Program-made: the position numbers and the translations under genes
The notes under the pieces: generated by a model
Seen by the model: the letters and a program-made list of their open reading frames with translations, nothing else
What the model was told of the DNA's origin: nothing
Database searches by the model: none
Shown: piece by piece, positions 55,743-64,000 of the stretch
Layout: each line of letters begins with the position of its first letter
Numbering within the stretch: the stretch's first letter is position 1
NCBI GenBank assembly: GCA_966112955.1
Contig: CBHWEO010000001.1
Location: 35,548 to 99,547 of the forward strand
Direction: 5' to 3'
DNA from: an uncultured Duganella sp.
GTDB taxonomy: Bacteria; Pseudomonadota; Gammaproteobacteria; Burkholderiales; Burkholderiaceae_D
Length of the DNA stretch: 64,000 bases

Positions 55743-58224
55743 GGCGGATGGCCTCGATCGGTTGCAGGCGCGCCGCCTTCCAGGCGGGGTACAGCGTGGC
55801 CAGCACACTCAGCGCCAGCAAGGCGCCGGCCGGCAGGATGGTGCTGCGCAGCGCCAGCTCGGGATAAATCATGCCGGTCAGGCCGGGGATGGTGGTGATG
55901 CCCTCGGCGTAGCGCGACATGTCGATTCCCGCGCTGTTGAAATACGCGACCACCGCGACCCCGCCCAGGAAGCCGATCAGCAGGCCGCACAGCGACAAGA
56001 CCAGGGCTTCGTACACCACGATGCGCACCACCCCGCCCGGCGCCGTGCCCAGGGCCAGCATGATGCCGAACTCACGGGTGCGCTCCAGCACCGACATCAG
56101 CAAGGTATTCATCACCCCGATCGCCACCACCGCAAACACGATGCCGACGACCAGGCGCAGGTTGAGGCGCACATAGCCGATCATCTGCGACACTTCCGGC
56201 AACAGTTCCTGCCATGGCAGGACGGCCAGGGCCGGATCCTGCCGCTCCCGCAGCGCCGCTGCCACCGCAGCCACGTCATCGCGCTCGCGCAAGCGCAGCG
56301 CCAGCGCCGACAGGCGCCCTTCGAGCCCCAGCAGCGCCTGCGCACTGGCCAGGTTCACGAAGCCATAGCCATGATCGAAGGCCGGGCTTTCCGTGGCAAA
56401 GATGGCGCCCACCCGGTAGGCGGCCGACGCCACGGTGCCATCGCGGGCCTGCGCCATCACAATGAGCTTTTCGCCCTCGCGCACCCCAAGTTCAGCCGCC
56501 AGCGCGCGGCCGATGGCCACGTCGCGCGGCCGCGCCGGTTCCAGCCAGCGCCCCTGGCGCAGCGCGCGGTCGATGGCGGTCACACGCCGCTCCTGGGCCG
56601 GGTCGATGCCTACCAGGTTGACGATCGCCGACTTGACGGCGCTGCTCACCAGCACCTGGGCCTGCACGCGCGGCGCGGCCGCCACCACCGCAGGGTGGCG
56701 GCGGGCGGCGGCCAGCGCCACGGCGTCCTGCGCCAACGAAAATTCCGGTGCCATATCGTCGCGGAAGCGCGCGTGCTGCACCTGCAGGTCGCCCGTGATG
56801 TAGCCCGTCGAATTGGTGACCAGTTGCGACAGGTAACCCTGCACGAAACTCAGCAGGAAGACAAATGCCCCCAGGCCGAAGGCGCTGGCGGAGGCGGTCA
56901 GGATGGCGCGGCGGCGGTTGCGCCCGACGCTGCGGGCGGCAATCTTCAGGAACAGCGGCAGCGGCCCGCCGCCGCCGCCGGCACGGCTGCCGCTGTCGTG
57001 GGCGCCGCCCTTGATGGCCTGCACCGGGTCCAGCCGCACCGCGCGCCAGGCCGGATACACCGCAGCCACCAGGCTGGTGCAAAAGACGATGGCGGACAGC
57101 AGCAGCAGCCGGTCGGCGCGCGCCATCGGATAGACCACCCCGGTCAGGCCTTGCATCGACTCCATGGCCTTGTCATAGTGGCTGAGGTCGATGCCCGCCT
57201 GGCCCCAGTGCCAGGTCATGCCCAGCCCGGCGCCGGCGCCGCAGGCCAGGCCCAGCACGCCCAGGATGCAAGCCTCGGCAAACACGAGCCGCGTGAGCTG
57301 CGCGCCGCTGGTGCCGAGCGCCATCATCACGCCGAATTCGCGCAAGCGCTCCATCACGCCCATCAGGACCGTGTTGGTGACCCCCACCGCCACCACGACG
57401 AACAGCACCAGCAACAGAATAATGGCCAGCACGTCGTGGAACCTGGTGGACTGCACCACCGTGGGCAGCAGCGCTTCCCAGGCCAGTCCCTCGTAGCCGG
57501 GCCCCAGCCTGGCCGCGGCACGCGCCGCCAGCGCGGCGGCCTGGCGGCGGTCCTGCAGGCGCACCACGACCGCGCTCACGCCGTGGCCGGCGGCCAGCAG
57601 GTCCTGCGCCGCGGCCAGCGGCATCAGCACCAGCGCCCCGTCCAGCATGTCCATGTGCGCATCGAAGATGCCGCGCACCCGGTAACGGCCGGCCCCCACC
57701 GCGCCATCGGCCGCCTGCGTCAACAGCACCACCTCGTCGCCCAGGCGCGCGCCAAGGATCTCGGCGGCCTTGTCGCCGATCACGATTTCCCGCGCGTCAG
57801 CCGAAGACAGGTAGCTGCCCTGCACAATCGTCCGGTGCAGCGTGGTCAGCGCCTGCTCCTGCCCGGGGTCGACTCCCATCAACATCACGCCACGCGACTT
57901 GTCGCCCAGGCTGGCGACGGCCATCGCCTCCAGGCGCTGCGCGGTGGCGACGATCCCCGCCTCGCCGGCCAGTGCCGCCAGCACCGGGCCCGGGTCGTCC
58001 ATCACCAGGTCCAGCGTCTGGTTGTCATGGTAGCCGCTGCGGTGCAGCTGCACGTGGCCCGCCACGTAACGCGTCGAGTTCTCGATCATCTGGTCGTTCA
58101 CGCCTTCGATGAACGACCACAGGAAGAACAGCGCGGCCAGCCCGACCGCCATGGCGGCAATCGTCAGCGCGGAGCGGCGCGGATTGCGGAACACGTTGCG
58201 CCAGGCGAGCCGCCACAGCATCAT
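55735..58224 (-). CDS. ABC permease with duplicated MacB/FtsX module
   Basis: Two repeats: LAWRNVFRNPRRS / ARSVGRNRRR, V.ER.REFG.M.ALGT twice, and YPAW.A.RL.P..AI twice. Confidence 0.92.
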   Translation of the reverse strand: MMLWRLAWRNVFRNPRRSALTIAAMAVGLAALFFLWSFIEGVNDQMIENSTRYVAGHVQLHRSGYHDNQTLDLVMDDPGPVLAALAGEAGIVATAQRLEAMAVASLGDKSRGVMLMGVDPGQEQALTTLHRTIVQGSYLSSADAREIVIGDKAAEILGARLGDEVVLLTQAADGAVGAGRYRVRGIFDAHMDMLDGALVLMPLAAAQDLLAAGHGVSAVVVRLQDRRQAAALAARAAARLGPGYEGLAWEALLPTVVQSTRFHDVLAIILLLVLFVVVAVGVTNTVLMGVMERLREFGVMMALGTSGAQLTRLVFAEACILGVLGLACGAGAGLGMTWHWGQAGIDLSHYDKAMESMQGLTGVVYPMARADRLLLLSAIVFCTSLVAAVYPAWRAVRLDPVQAIKGGAHDSGSRAGGGGGPLPLFLKIAARSVGRNRRRAILTASASAFGLGAFVFLLSFVQGYLSQLVTNSTGYITGDLQVQHARFRDDMAPEFSLAQDAVALAAARRHPAVVAAAPRVQAQVLVSSAVKSAIVNLVGIDPAQERRVTAIDRALRQGRWLEPARPRDVAIGRALAAELGVREGEKLIVMAQARDGTVASAAYRVGAIFATESPAFDHGYGFVNLASAQALLGLEGRLSALALRLRERDDVAAVAAALRERQDPALAVLPWQELLPEVSQMIGYVRLNLRLVVGIVFAVVAIGVMNTLLMSVLERTREFGIMLALGTAPGGVVRIVVYEALVLSLCGLLIGFLGGVAVVAYFNSAGIDMSRYAEGITTIPGLTGMIYPELALRSTILPAGALLALSVLATLYPAWKAARLQPIEAIRHG

Positions 58225-58907
58225 TGCACCTCCTGGCCGACGACCTGGCCGTCCTTCATGCGGACGATGCGTTTGGCGCGTTGCATGACCATCGGGTCAT
58301 GAGTCGAAAAGATGAACGTGGTGCCCTGCTCGGCGTTCAGCTTGCGCATCAGGTCCAACAGCGCCGCGCCGGCCACCGAATCGAGGTTGGCGGTCGGTTC
58401 GTCGGGCAGCACGATCAGTGGGTCGGCGGCAATGGCGCGCGCGACCGCCACGCGCTGTTGCTGCCCACCCGACAGTTCGCGCGGGCGGCGCTGCTCCAGC
58501 CCGTCCAGCCCCAGTTCCTTGAGCAGCCCCAGCGCACGCTGCCGGCGCTGCCGTTCCGGCACGCCCTGCAGCAGCATCACGTACTCCACGTTTTCCAGCG
58601 CCGACAGCACGGGGATCAGGTTGTATTCCTGGAACACGAAGCCGATCTTCCGCAGCCGCAGGCGCGACAGCGCGCTTTTCGACAGGCTGGTGATTTCCTG
58701 CTCGCCCAGCCAGATCCGGCCGGCGCTCGGGGTATCCAGCCCGCCGATCAGGTTCAGCAAGGTCGTCTTGCCCGAACCGGACGGCCCCACCAGCGCGACG
58801 AAATCGCCTTGCGCGATGTCCAGGTTGACGTCGCGCAGGGCATGCACGGCCACGGTCCCCTGCTGGTAGACCTTGCTGAGCGCCTGCACACGTACCAGGG
58901 CAGTCAT
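58221..58907 (-). CDS. ABC ATPase, LolD-like
   Basis: GPSGSGKT, LSGGQQQRVA, DEPTANLD and STHD. Confidence 0.93.
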   Translation of the reverse strand: MTALVRVQALSKVYQQGTVAVHALRDVNLDIAQGDFVALVGPSGSGKTTLLNLIGGLDTPSAGRIWLGEQEITSLSKSALSRLRLRKIGFVFQEYNLIPVLSALENVEYVMLLQGVPERQRRQRALGLLKELGLDGLEQRRPRELSGGQQQRVAVARAIAADPLIVLPDEPTANLDSVAGAALLDLMRKLNAEQGTTFIFSTHDPMVMQRAKRIVRMKDGQVVGQEVQ

Positions 58908-59656
58908 TTTTCCGTCTTTTTCAGGTTCCGTTCGCTGAACGTTTCAGGATCGATCGGCGCGTCGTAGCGCGCCTTGAGCAAGGTCACTACCGTACTGTGG
59001 CCAGGCCTGGACTGCGGCCGCATCTCCCAACGGGTGGGCAGCATCCGCCCGCCCATCTCGCGCACTTCCGAGAACAACAGCACGCGCACCAGCTCACCGC
59101 GTTCGCTGTAGAACGACTGGCTGATGGGCATCGCATCTTCCTTGCGCACCAGGTAGACCACCTTGCCCCAGACCACGGCCGCCTCCGGCTTCGGCGACGA
59201 CTCAATGCGGTACACCACCTTGCCTTCCACCGTTTCGCTGCCAGCGATACGGTGGTGGTAATCATTGACCGCACTGCTCTCCTTGACCAGGTCGTCGTTG
59301 GTGAAATCAGAGCCCATCCATGGCTGCAGCATCATCGAGGGCGGTACCTTGATCACCCGTTCCACACTGGGCAGGTAATTCCACATCTCGTTGCGGATGC
59401 GCAGTGAGCCGATGCCGGCCTCCTTGGCCGGTGCCGTGATGCGGATGAAGCTGTAAGCCGGGCGCTCCATCCACATGCGCATGCGCAACGTGCGCTGCCA
59501 GCGCGGCGTGGTGATCCGCATGTCGACCTCGCCCTGGATGGTCTTGCCCCACAGCAAAGATTCGACGCGTTCGACCAGGGCCGCCGCATCGTCGCCGGCA
59601 TGGGCCGGCCAGGTAGCGCATGCCAGTAGCCAGCCGAGTGCGAACTGTCGCATCAT
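58904..59656 (-). CDS. LolA-like outer-membrane lipoprotein-sorting protein
   Basis: Signal peptide, SFIRITAPAKEAG..SL, MWNYLP..ERVIK.PPSMM..PWMGSDFTNDDL and FSERNL. Confidence 0.85.
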   Translation of the reverse strand: MMRQFALGWLLACATWPAHAGDDAAALVERVESLLWGKTIQGEVDMRITTPRWQRTLRMRMWMERPAYSFIRITAPAKEAGIGSLRIRNEMWNYLPSVERVIKVPPSMMLQPWMGSDFTNDDLVKESSAVNDYHHRIAGSETVEGKVVYRIESSPKPEAAVVWGKVVYLVRKEDAMPISQSFYSERGELVRVLLFSEVREMGGRMLPTRWEMRPQSRPGHSTVVTLLKARYDAPIDPETFSERNLKKTEK

Positions 59657-59706
59657 TTCCTCCCCGCCAAACGATCATGCGCCGATCCACCGCCGCGATC
59701 AACCGC

Positions 59707-61653
59707 TCAGGCCCGCGCTTCCTGCGCGCCGGCCTTGCGGGGCAGCAGCGGCTGCACCGGCGACGCCAGCAGCGCGTCGATGGCCGCGCGTTCCAGCACT
59801 TCCTTCTCGAGCAGGGCTTGCGCCAACAAATCCAGCTGTTGGCGTCGCGCAACAAGCGTCTCGCGCACGCGCGCCTGGGCGGCAGCCAGCAAGGCCGCCA
59901 CTTCATCGTCCACCAGTTGCGCGGTGCGCTCGCTGTAGCCGCGCCGCTCCGCCCGCAGCGCGGCGTAGCCGCCCACCCCGGGCCCCTGTTCATAGGTCGC
60001 CAGGCCCAGGCGCTCGCTCATGCCGTACTGCAGCATCATGTGGCGCGCCATCTCGGTGGCCTGCTGCAGGTCGTTCTGGGCGCCGGTCGAGACATCGCCG
60101 AACACCAGCTCTTCCGCCACCCGCCCGCCGAGGAACACGTCGAGCCGGTCGAGCAGCTCTGCCTTGCGCAGCAGGAAGCGGTCTTCGGTCGGCACCTGCC
60201 GCGTATAGCCGAGCGCCGCGATGCCGCGCGGGATGATCGAAATCTTGGCCACGCGGTCGGCATGCGGCCGTGTTTCGGCAACCAGGGCATGGCCGGCCTC
60301 GTGGTAAGCCACGGTTTCCTTCTCCGTGCGGCTCATCACCCGGGTCTTCTTTTCCAGCCCGGCCAGCAAGCGGTCGATGGCGTCTTCAAAATCGCTCATC
60401 GTGACCTGTTCCTTGCGCTTGCGCCCGGCCAGCAGGGCCGCTTCGTTGACCAGGTTGGCCAGGTCGGCGCCCGCAAAGCCCGCGGTGCGCGCCGCCAGGC
60501 CTGGCACGTCGACGTCCGGCCCGGCCTTGACCACCCGCAAGTGCACTTCCAGGATGCGCTGGCGGCCGGCCAGGTCGGGCCGGTCGAGCGCAATCTGGCG
60601 GTCGAAGCGTCCTGGCCGCAGCAGGGCCGCATCCAGGATTTCCGGACGGTTGGTGGCGGCCAGCAGGATCACGCCCTTGTTGGTGTCGAAACCATCCATC
60701 TCGACCAGCAGCTGGTTCAGGGTCTGTTCCTGCTCGTTGTGACCGCCTTCCAGGCCGCCAATGCCGCGCGCCCGGCCCAGCGCATCAAGTTCGTCGATGA
60801 AGATGATGCAAGGCGCCTTCAGCACCGCCTGGGCAAACAGGTCGCGTACGCGGGCGGCGCCGACGCCGACGAACATTTCCACGAATTCGGACCCGCTGAT
60901 GGAAAAGAATGGCACGCCCGCCTCGCCGGCCACCGCCTTGGCCAGCAAGGTCTTGCCGGTGCCCGGCGCGCCGACGATCAGCACGCCTTTCGGAATCTTG
61001 CCGCCCAGGCGGCGGTAGCGCTCGGGGTTGCGCAGGAACTCGACCAGTTCCATCAACTCTTCCTTCGCCTCGTCGATGCCCGCCACGTCGGCGAAGGTCA
61101 CGCCGGTCTTGGCCGCCATGTAGACGCGCGCATGGCTCTTGCCGATGCCCAGCAGTCCTTCGCCCAGTCCGCCGCCCTTGCCCAGCAAGCGCGGCAAGCC
61201 GAACAGGACCAGCAGGGGCAGCGCCCACCACAGCAGCGAGCCGGCCCAGTTGCTGTCCTGCCGCCCCGCGTAGCGGATGCCGGCTTGCTCCAGCTCGTCC
61301 ACCAGGCCGGGATCGGCCACCCGCACCGCCACAAAAGCGCATTCCTGCCCCGGCTTGCACGCCAGTGCCGGCGTGCGGCCGGCGGGCAGCACCAGGCCCA
61401 GGGCGTCCGGCTGGGCCGTACCCCGCACCAGTTGCTCACTGAGCGTGACTTCCTTGAGCTTGCCCGCCTTCACCAGCCGCTTGAACTCGCTGTAGCTCAG
61501 CTCGTCGCCCCCTGCGCCGCCCAGCACGCCGAAGGCCAGGAAGGCCAGGAACGGCAGCAAAAGCAGCCAGAGCCACGGCCCCGGCTGGATACCCGGCTGC
61601 TTCGGCTCCTGCCCTGCGCCGGCCGGGCCGGTTTCCCCTGCATCTGGCGTCAT
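59707..61653 (-). CDS. ftsH: ATP-dependent zinc metalloprotease FtsH (paralogue)
   Basis: [49 protein letters not shown] and STGAQNDL. Confidence 0.95.
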   Translation of the reverse strand: MTPDAGETGPAGAGQEPKQPGIQPGPWLWLLLLPFLAFLAFGVLGGAGGDELSYSEFKRLVKAGKLKEVTLSEQLVRGTAQPDALGLVLPAGRTPALACKPGQECAFVAVRVADPGLVDELEQAGIRYAGRQDSNWAGSLLWWALPLLVLFGLPRLLGKGGGLGEGLLGIGKSHARVYMAAKTGVTFADVAGIDEAKEELMELVEFLRNPERYRRLGGKIPKGVLIVGAPGTGKTLLAKAVAGEAGVPFFSISGSEFVEMFVGVGAARVRDLFAQAVLKAPCIIFIDELDALGRARGIGGLEGGHNEQEQTLNQLLVEMDGFDTNKGVILLAATNRPEILDAALLRPGRFDRQIALDRPDLAGRQRILEVHLRVVKAGPDVDVPGLAARTAGFAGADLANLVNEAALLAGRKRKEQVTMSDFEDAIDRLLAGLEKKTRVMSRTEKETVAYHEAGHALVAETRPHADRVAKISIIPRGIAALGYTRQVPTEDRFLLRKAELLDRLDVFLGGRVAEELVFGDVSTGAQNDLQQATEMARHMMLQYGMSERLGLATYEQGPGVGGYAALRAERRGYSERTAQLVDDEVAALLAAAQARVRETLVARRQQLDLLAQALLEKEVLERAAIDALLASPVQPLLPRKAGAQEARA

Positions 61654-61666
61654 CGCTGCGGGTCCG

Positions 61667-62155
61667 TCATTGCTTCGGGGCGGGTTTCTGCCCTTCGCGT
61701 TCGACCATCTGCTCCATCATCATCTGCATCATGTCCATGCGCTTTTCCATCATGTCCATGCGCTCACCAGGAGAGGGTTTGGGACCCGCTTCGCCCATCA
61801 TCGGGCAGCCCTTGGCGTCGCCCTTGTCCTTCATCATCTGGCAGTCCATCATCTGCATGGCGCCGCCCCCCGCCGGGCGCATTGCCTGCAAGCCTTCATG
61901 CATGGCTTCCATATGCTCCTGCATCAGGCGCTGGCGCTCCTGCGGGTCCTTGGTGGCCTTGATCTTGTCCATCTGGCCGATCATCTTCTTCATCTGCTCA
62001 TAGGCGGCAGCGAAACGCTTGTCCGTGGCTGCCGGCGCCGCCGCTGGCTTGGCCTGGGCCGGCTTGGCCGCCGCTTCCGGCGGGTGGTGCTTGTCGTCGG
62101 CGTAGGCGGTGCTTGCCAGCAGGGTTGCCAGCATCAGGGATAGGACGGTGCGCAT
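61667..62155 (-). CDS. Periplasmic Met/His-rich coiled-coil protein (possible Cu-binding)
   Basis: Signal peptide then DDKHH; MQEHMEAMH, MMDCQMM, CPMM and MDMMEKRMDMMQMMMEQM. Confidence 0.75.
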   Translation of the reverse strand: MRTVLSLMLATLLASTAYADDKHHPPEAAAKPAQAKPAAAPAATDKRFAAAYEQMKKMIGQMDKIKATKDPQERQRLMQEHMEAMHEGLQAMRPAGGGAMQMMDCQMMKDKGDAKGCPMMGEAGPKPSPGERMDMMEKRMDMMQMMMEQMVEREGQKPAPKQ

Positions 62156-62212
62156 GGTAGCCTCCATTGGTGTCGAATATGGCGATCGTGCCCCGCTGGC
62201 GCTCCTGGCTCC

Positions 62213-62226
62213 ATGATCCAGGTCAA
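62213..62226. promoter_or_regulatory. FNR/Anr-type box (ATGATCCAGGTCAA)
   Basis: 64 bp upstream of the 62155 start that heads the ftsH-ABC operon. Confidence 0.7.
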
Positions 62227-62399
62227 GAATCGCGCTGCCGTGGCGGCATCGTCGATGCCTTCGCGGTGAGCCTGCACGTTGAACAGGCAGGGGTCTCGGA
62301 CGGTGCCAGGCCCGGGTTCAAGCGCGTCCATGCGGCGGGCCGGTTCGCGTTCAACGCCGCCGCGCTGCCGATGCGGCGGTGTACGGTGCCGAGAAGGTG

Positions 62400-62423
62400 C
62401 ACGTCGAGTGCAACTTCGACGTG
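62400..62423 (-). terminator. Hairpin downstream of the E3 gene
   Basis: CACGTCGA-N8-TCGACGTG just after the 62436 stop; no clear U-tract. Confidence 0.35.
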
Positions 62424-62435
62424 GCCACCGAGTTC

Positions 62436-63830
62436 TCAAATATGTAGCGCATGCCCCAGTGCGCGCAGCGCGGCCTCCTGGATTGCCTCGCCCAGGGTCG
62501 GATGAGCATGGATCGTGCCGGCAATGTCCTCCAGCGTCGCCCCCATTTCGATGGACTGCGCAAAGGCGGCGGATAGTTCCGACACCGCCTTGCCCACTGC
62601 CTGCCAGCCCACGATCAGGTGATTGTCGCTGCGTGCCACCACCCGCACGAACCCGTCCTTCGATTCGAGCGACATGGCGCGACCGTTGGCGCTGAACGGG
62701 AACGAGGCGTCGATGCAGGCAATGCCCTGCGCCCTGGCCTGCTGCGGCGTGGCGCCCACCACCACCACTTCCGGATCGGTGAAGCACACCGCCGCAATGG
62801 CCGCCGGGCTGAAGTGGCGCCGCTTGCCGCTGATGATTTCGGCCACCATCTCGCCTTGCGCCATGGCCCGGTGCGCCAGCATCGGCTCGCCGGTCACATC
62901 GCCGATGGCCCACACGCCGCGCATCGAGGTACGGCACTGGTCATCGACCTTGATGAAGTGGCCGTCCATGTCGATGCGCAGCTTCTCCAGGCCAAAGCCA
63001 CGCGTGTTCGGGCGCCGCCCGACAGCCACCAGCACCTGGTCCGCCGGCAGGGCCGATTCTTCGCCGTTTGCGTTCCGGATGCGCACTGCGCCTTCCTGGT
63101 CCCGGCCCAGTACCGAGCAGCCCAGATGGGTTTCGATGCCCAGTCCCTTGAGCGCGATGGCGACGGGGCGGGTCAGGTCCGGGTCGTATGCAGGCAGGAC
63201 GCGTTCCTGCGCCTCCACTACGTGCACCTGCGCGCCAAGCTTGGCATACGCGGTACCCAGCTCCAGGCCGATATACCCTGCCCCGACCACCACCAGCCGG
63301 CCAGGCACGGTCTTGGGCGACAGCGCTTCCGTTGCGCTGATCACCGGCCCGCCGAACGGCATGAAAGGCAGTTCCGTCGCGTGCGAACCGGTCGCCAGCA
63401 GCAGGTGCTCGCAGCCGATGCGCTGGGGGCTTTCGCCGTCGCGGATCACTTCAACCGTTTTGCCGTCGACGATATTGGCCCAGCCCTTGACCACACGCAC
63501 GCCGCTTTTCTTCAGCAGGGCCGCCACGCCGCCGGTCAGGCGCCCCACGATGCCGTCTTTCCACAGAACGGTCTGGCCGATGTCGATGCGCGGTGCCTGC
63601 ACCGAAATGCCAAGCGACGAGCCGCTGGCGAAATGGCTCGCTTTTTCGAATTCCTCCGCCGCGTGGATCAGGGCCTTGCTGGGGATGCAGCCGACGTTCA
63701 GGCAAGTGCCGCCCAGTTCAACTGCTTCGACCAGCGTGGTCGGGATGCCCAGCTGGCCGGCGCGGATGGCCGCGATATAGCCGCCAGGTCCGCCGCCGAT
63801 CACCAGCAGCGTAGTGGTATGTTGGTTCAT
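62436..63830 (-). CDS. lpdV: Dihydrolipoamide dehydrogenase (E3 of branched-chain 2-oxo-acid dehydrogenase)
   Basis: [41 protein letters not shown] and HAHPTLGE. Confidence 0.93.
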   Translation of the reverse strand: MNQHTTTLLVIGGGPGGYIAAIRAGQLGIPTTLVEAVELGGTCLNVGCIPSKALIHAAEEFEKASHFASGSSLGISVQAPRIDIGQTVLWKDGIVGRLTGGVAALLKKSGVRVVKGWANIVDGKTVEVIRDGESPQRIGCEHLLLATGSHATELPFMPFGGPVISATEALSPKTVPGRLVVVGAGYIGLELGTAYAKLGAQVHVVEAQERVLPAYDPDLTRPVAIALKGLGIETHLGCSVLGRDQEGAVRIRNANGEESALPADQVLVAVGRRPNTRGFGLEKLRIDMDGHFIKVDDQCRTSMRGVWAIGDVTGEPMLAHRAMAQGEMVAEIISGKRRHFSPAAIAAVCFTDPEVVVVGATPQQARAQGIACIDASFPFSANGRAMSLESKDGFVRVVARSDNHLIVGWQAVGKAVSELSAAFAQSIEMGATLEDIAGTIHAHPTLGEAIQEAALRALGHALHI

Positions 63831-63833
63831 GGC

Positions 63834-64000
63834 TTACTCCACAAAGAGCATCGCTGGGCATTCGAGCAAGGCGCGGATGGCTTGCACGAACTGCGCCGCG
63901 TGCATGCCGTCGACCACCCGGTGGTCGAACGAGGACGAGAGGTTCATCATCTTGCGGATGACCACCGCGCCCTGCCGCACCATGGGCCGCTCCACGATCT
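63834..64000 (-). CDS. bkdB: Dihydrolipoamide acyltransferase (E2), C-terminal end (truncated by window)
   Basis: IVERPMVRQGAVVIRKMMNLSSSFDHRVVDGMHAAQFVQ...LFVE*. Confidence 0.9.
   Translation of the reverse strand, partial: IVERPMVRQGAVVIRKMMNLSSSFDHRVVDGMHAAQFVQAIRALLECPAMLFVE

Noticed and set aside
23034-61653. Transmissible locus of stress tolerance (tLST/LHR)
   Set aside because: Hsp20 and FtsH are present, but ClpG/ClpK, KefB, thioredoxin and flanking IS elements are not; the FNR boxes fit an lxa-like island better.
21774-62226. Epigenetic control through GATC/CCWGG sites inside the FNR-type boxes
   Set aside because: GATC is intrinsic to the consensus, CCWGG arises from the GC-rich spacer, spacer orientation does not track gene direction, and no MTase is visible.
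62227-62435. Possible small gene or ncRNA between E3 and the Met-rich operon
   Set aside because: Only short GC hairpins; no RBS-supported ORF or recognisable RNA family.

Overview
GC-rich bacterial chromosomal segment; gene content and style suggest a Betaproteobacterium of the Massilia/Oxalobacteraceae type (inference). It holds about 55 CDS and I saw no rRNA, tRNA, CRISPR array, integrase or transposase. Layout: (i) 1-7447, a translationally coupled operon of TonB-dependent receptor, CruF-like membrane protein, Lcp/MpaB-like heme oxygenase, 7TM-DISM hybrid kinase, diguanylate cyclase and acylphosphatase. (ii) 7460-11636, a coupled trio of secreted SGNH hydrolase, unknown membrane-anchored protein and an Lnt paralogue with a ~310-aa extension. 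(iii) 11.8-17.4 kb, RNase Z, cupin, GH43, GH1 and YciI. (iv) Two blocks, 17.45-27.9 kb and 43.5-62.2 kb, in which almost every promoter carries an FNR/Anr/FixK-type palindrome (14 sites read by eye, consensus WTGAY-N4-RTCAW). These blocks encode 3 USPs, Hsp20, a ClpP-like protease, a second FtsH, PhaB, Zn-ADH, nitroreductase, flavodoxin, a CBS protein, an archaeal-type SAM synthetase, a UbiB-family kinase, an L,D-transpeptidase, two LolCDE/MacB-type ABC systems and an orphan HhH + PD-(D/E)XK nuclease. I read them as a low-oxygen survival regulon similar in content to the Burkholderia lxa locus. (v) Between the two blocks lie a five-gene periplasmic glycan-debranching cluster and LysR modules. 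(vi) The window ends in the branched-chain keto-acid dehydrogenase E2/E3 genes. All family calls come from motif recognition, not from database searches.
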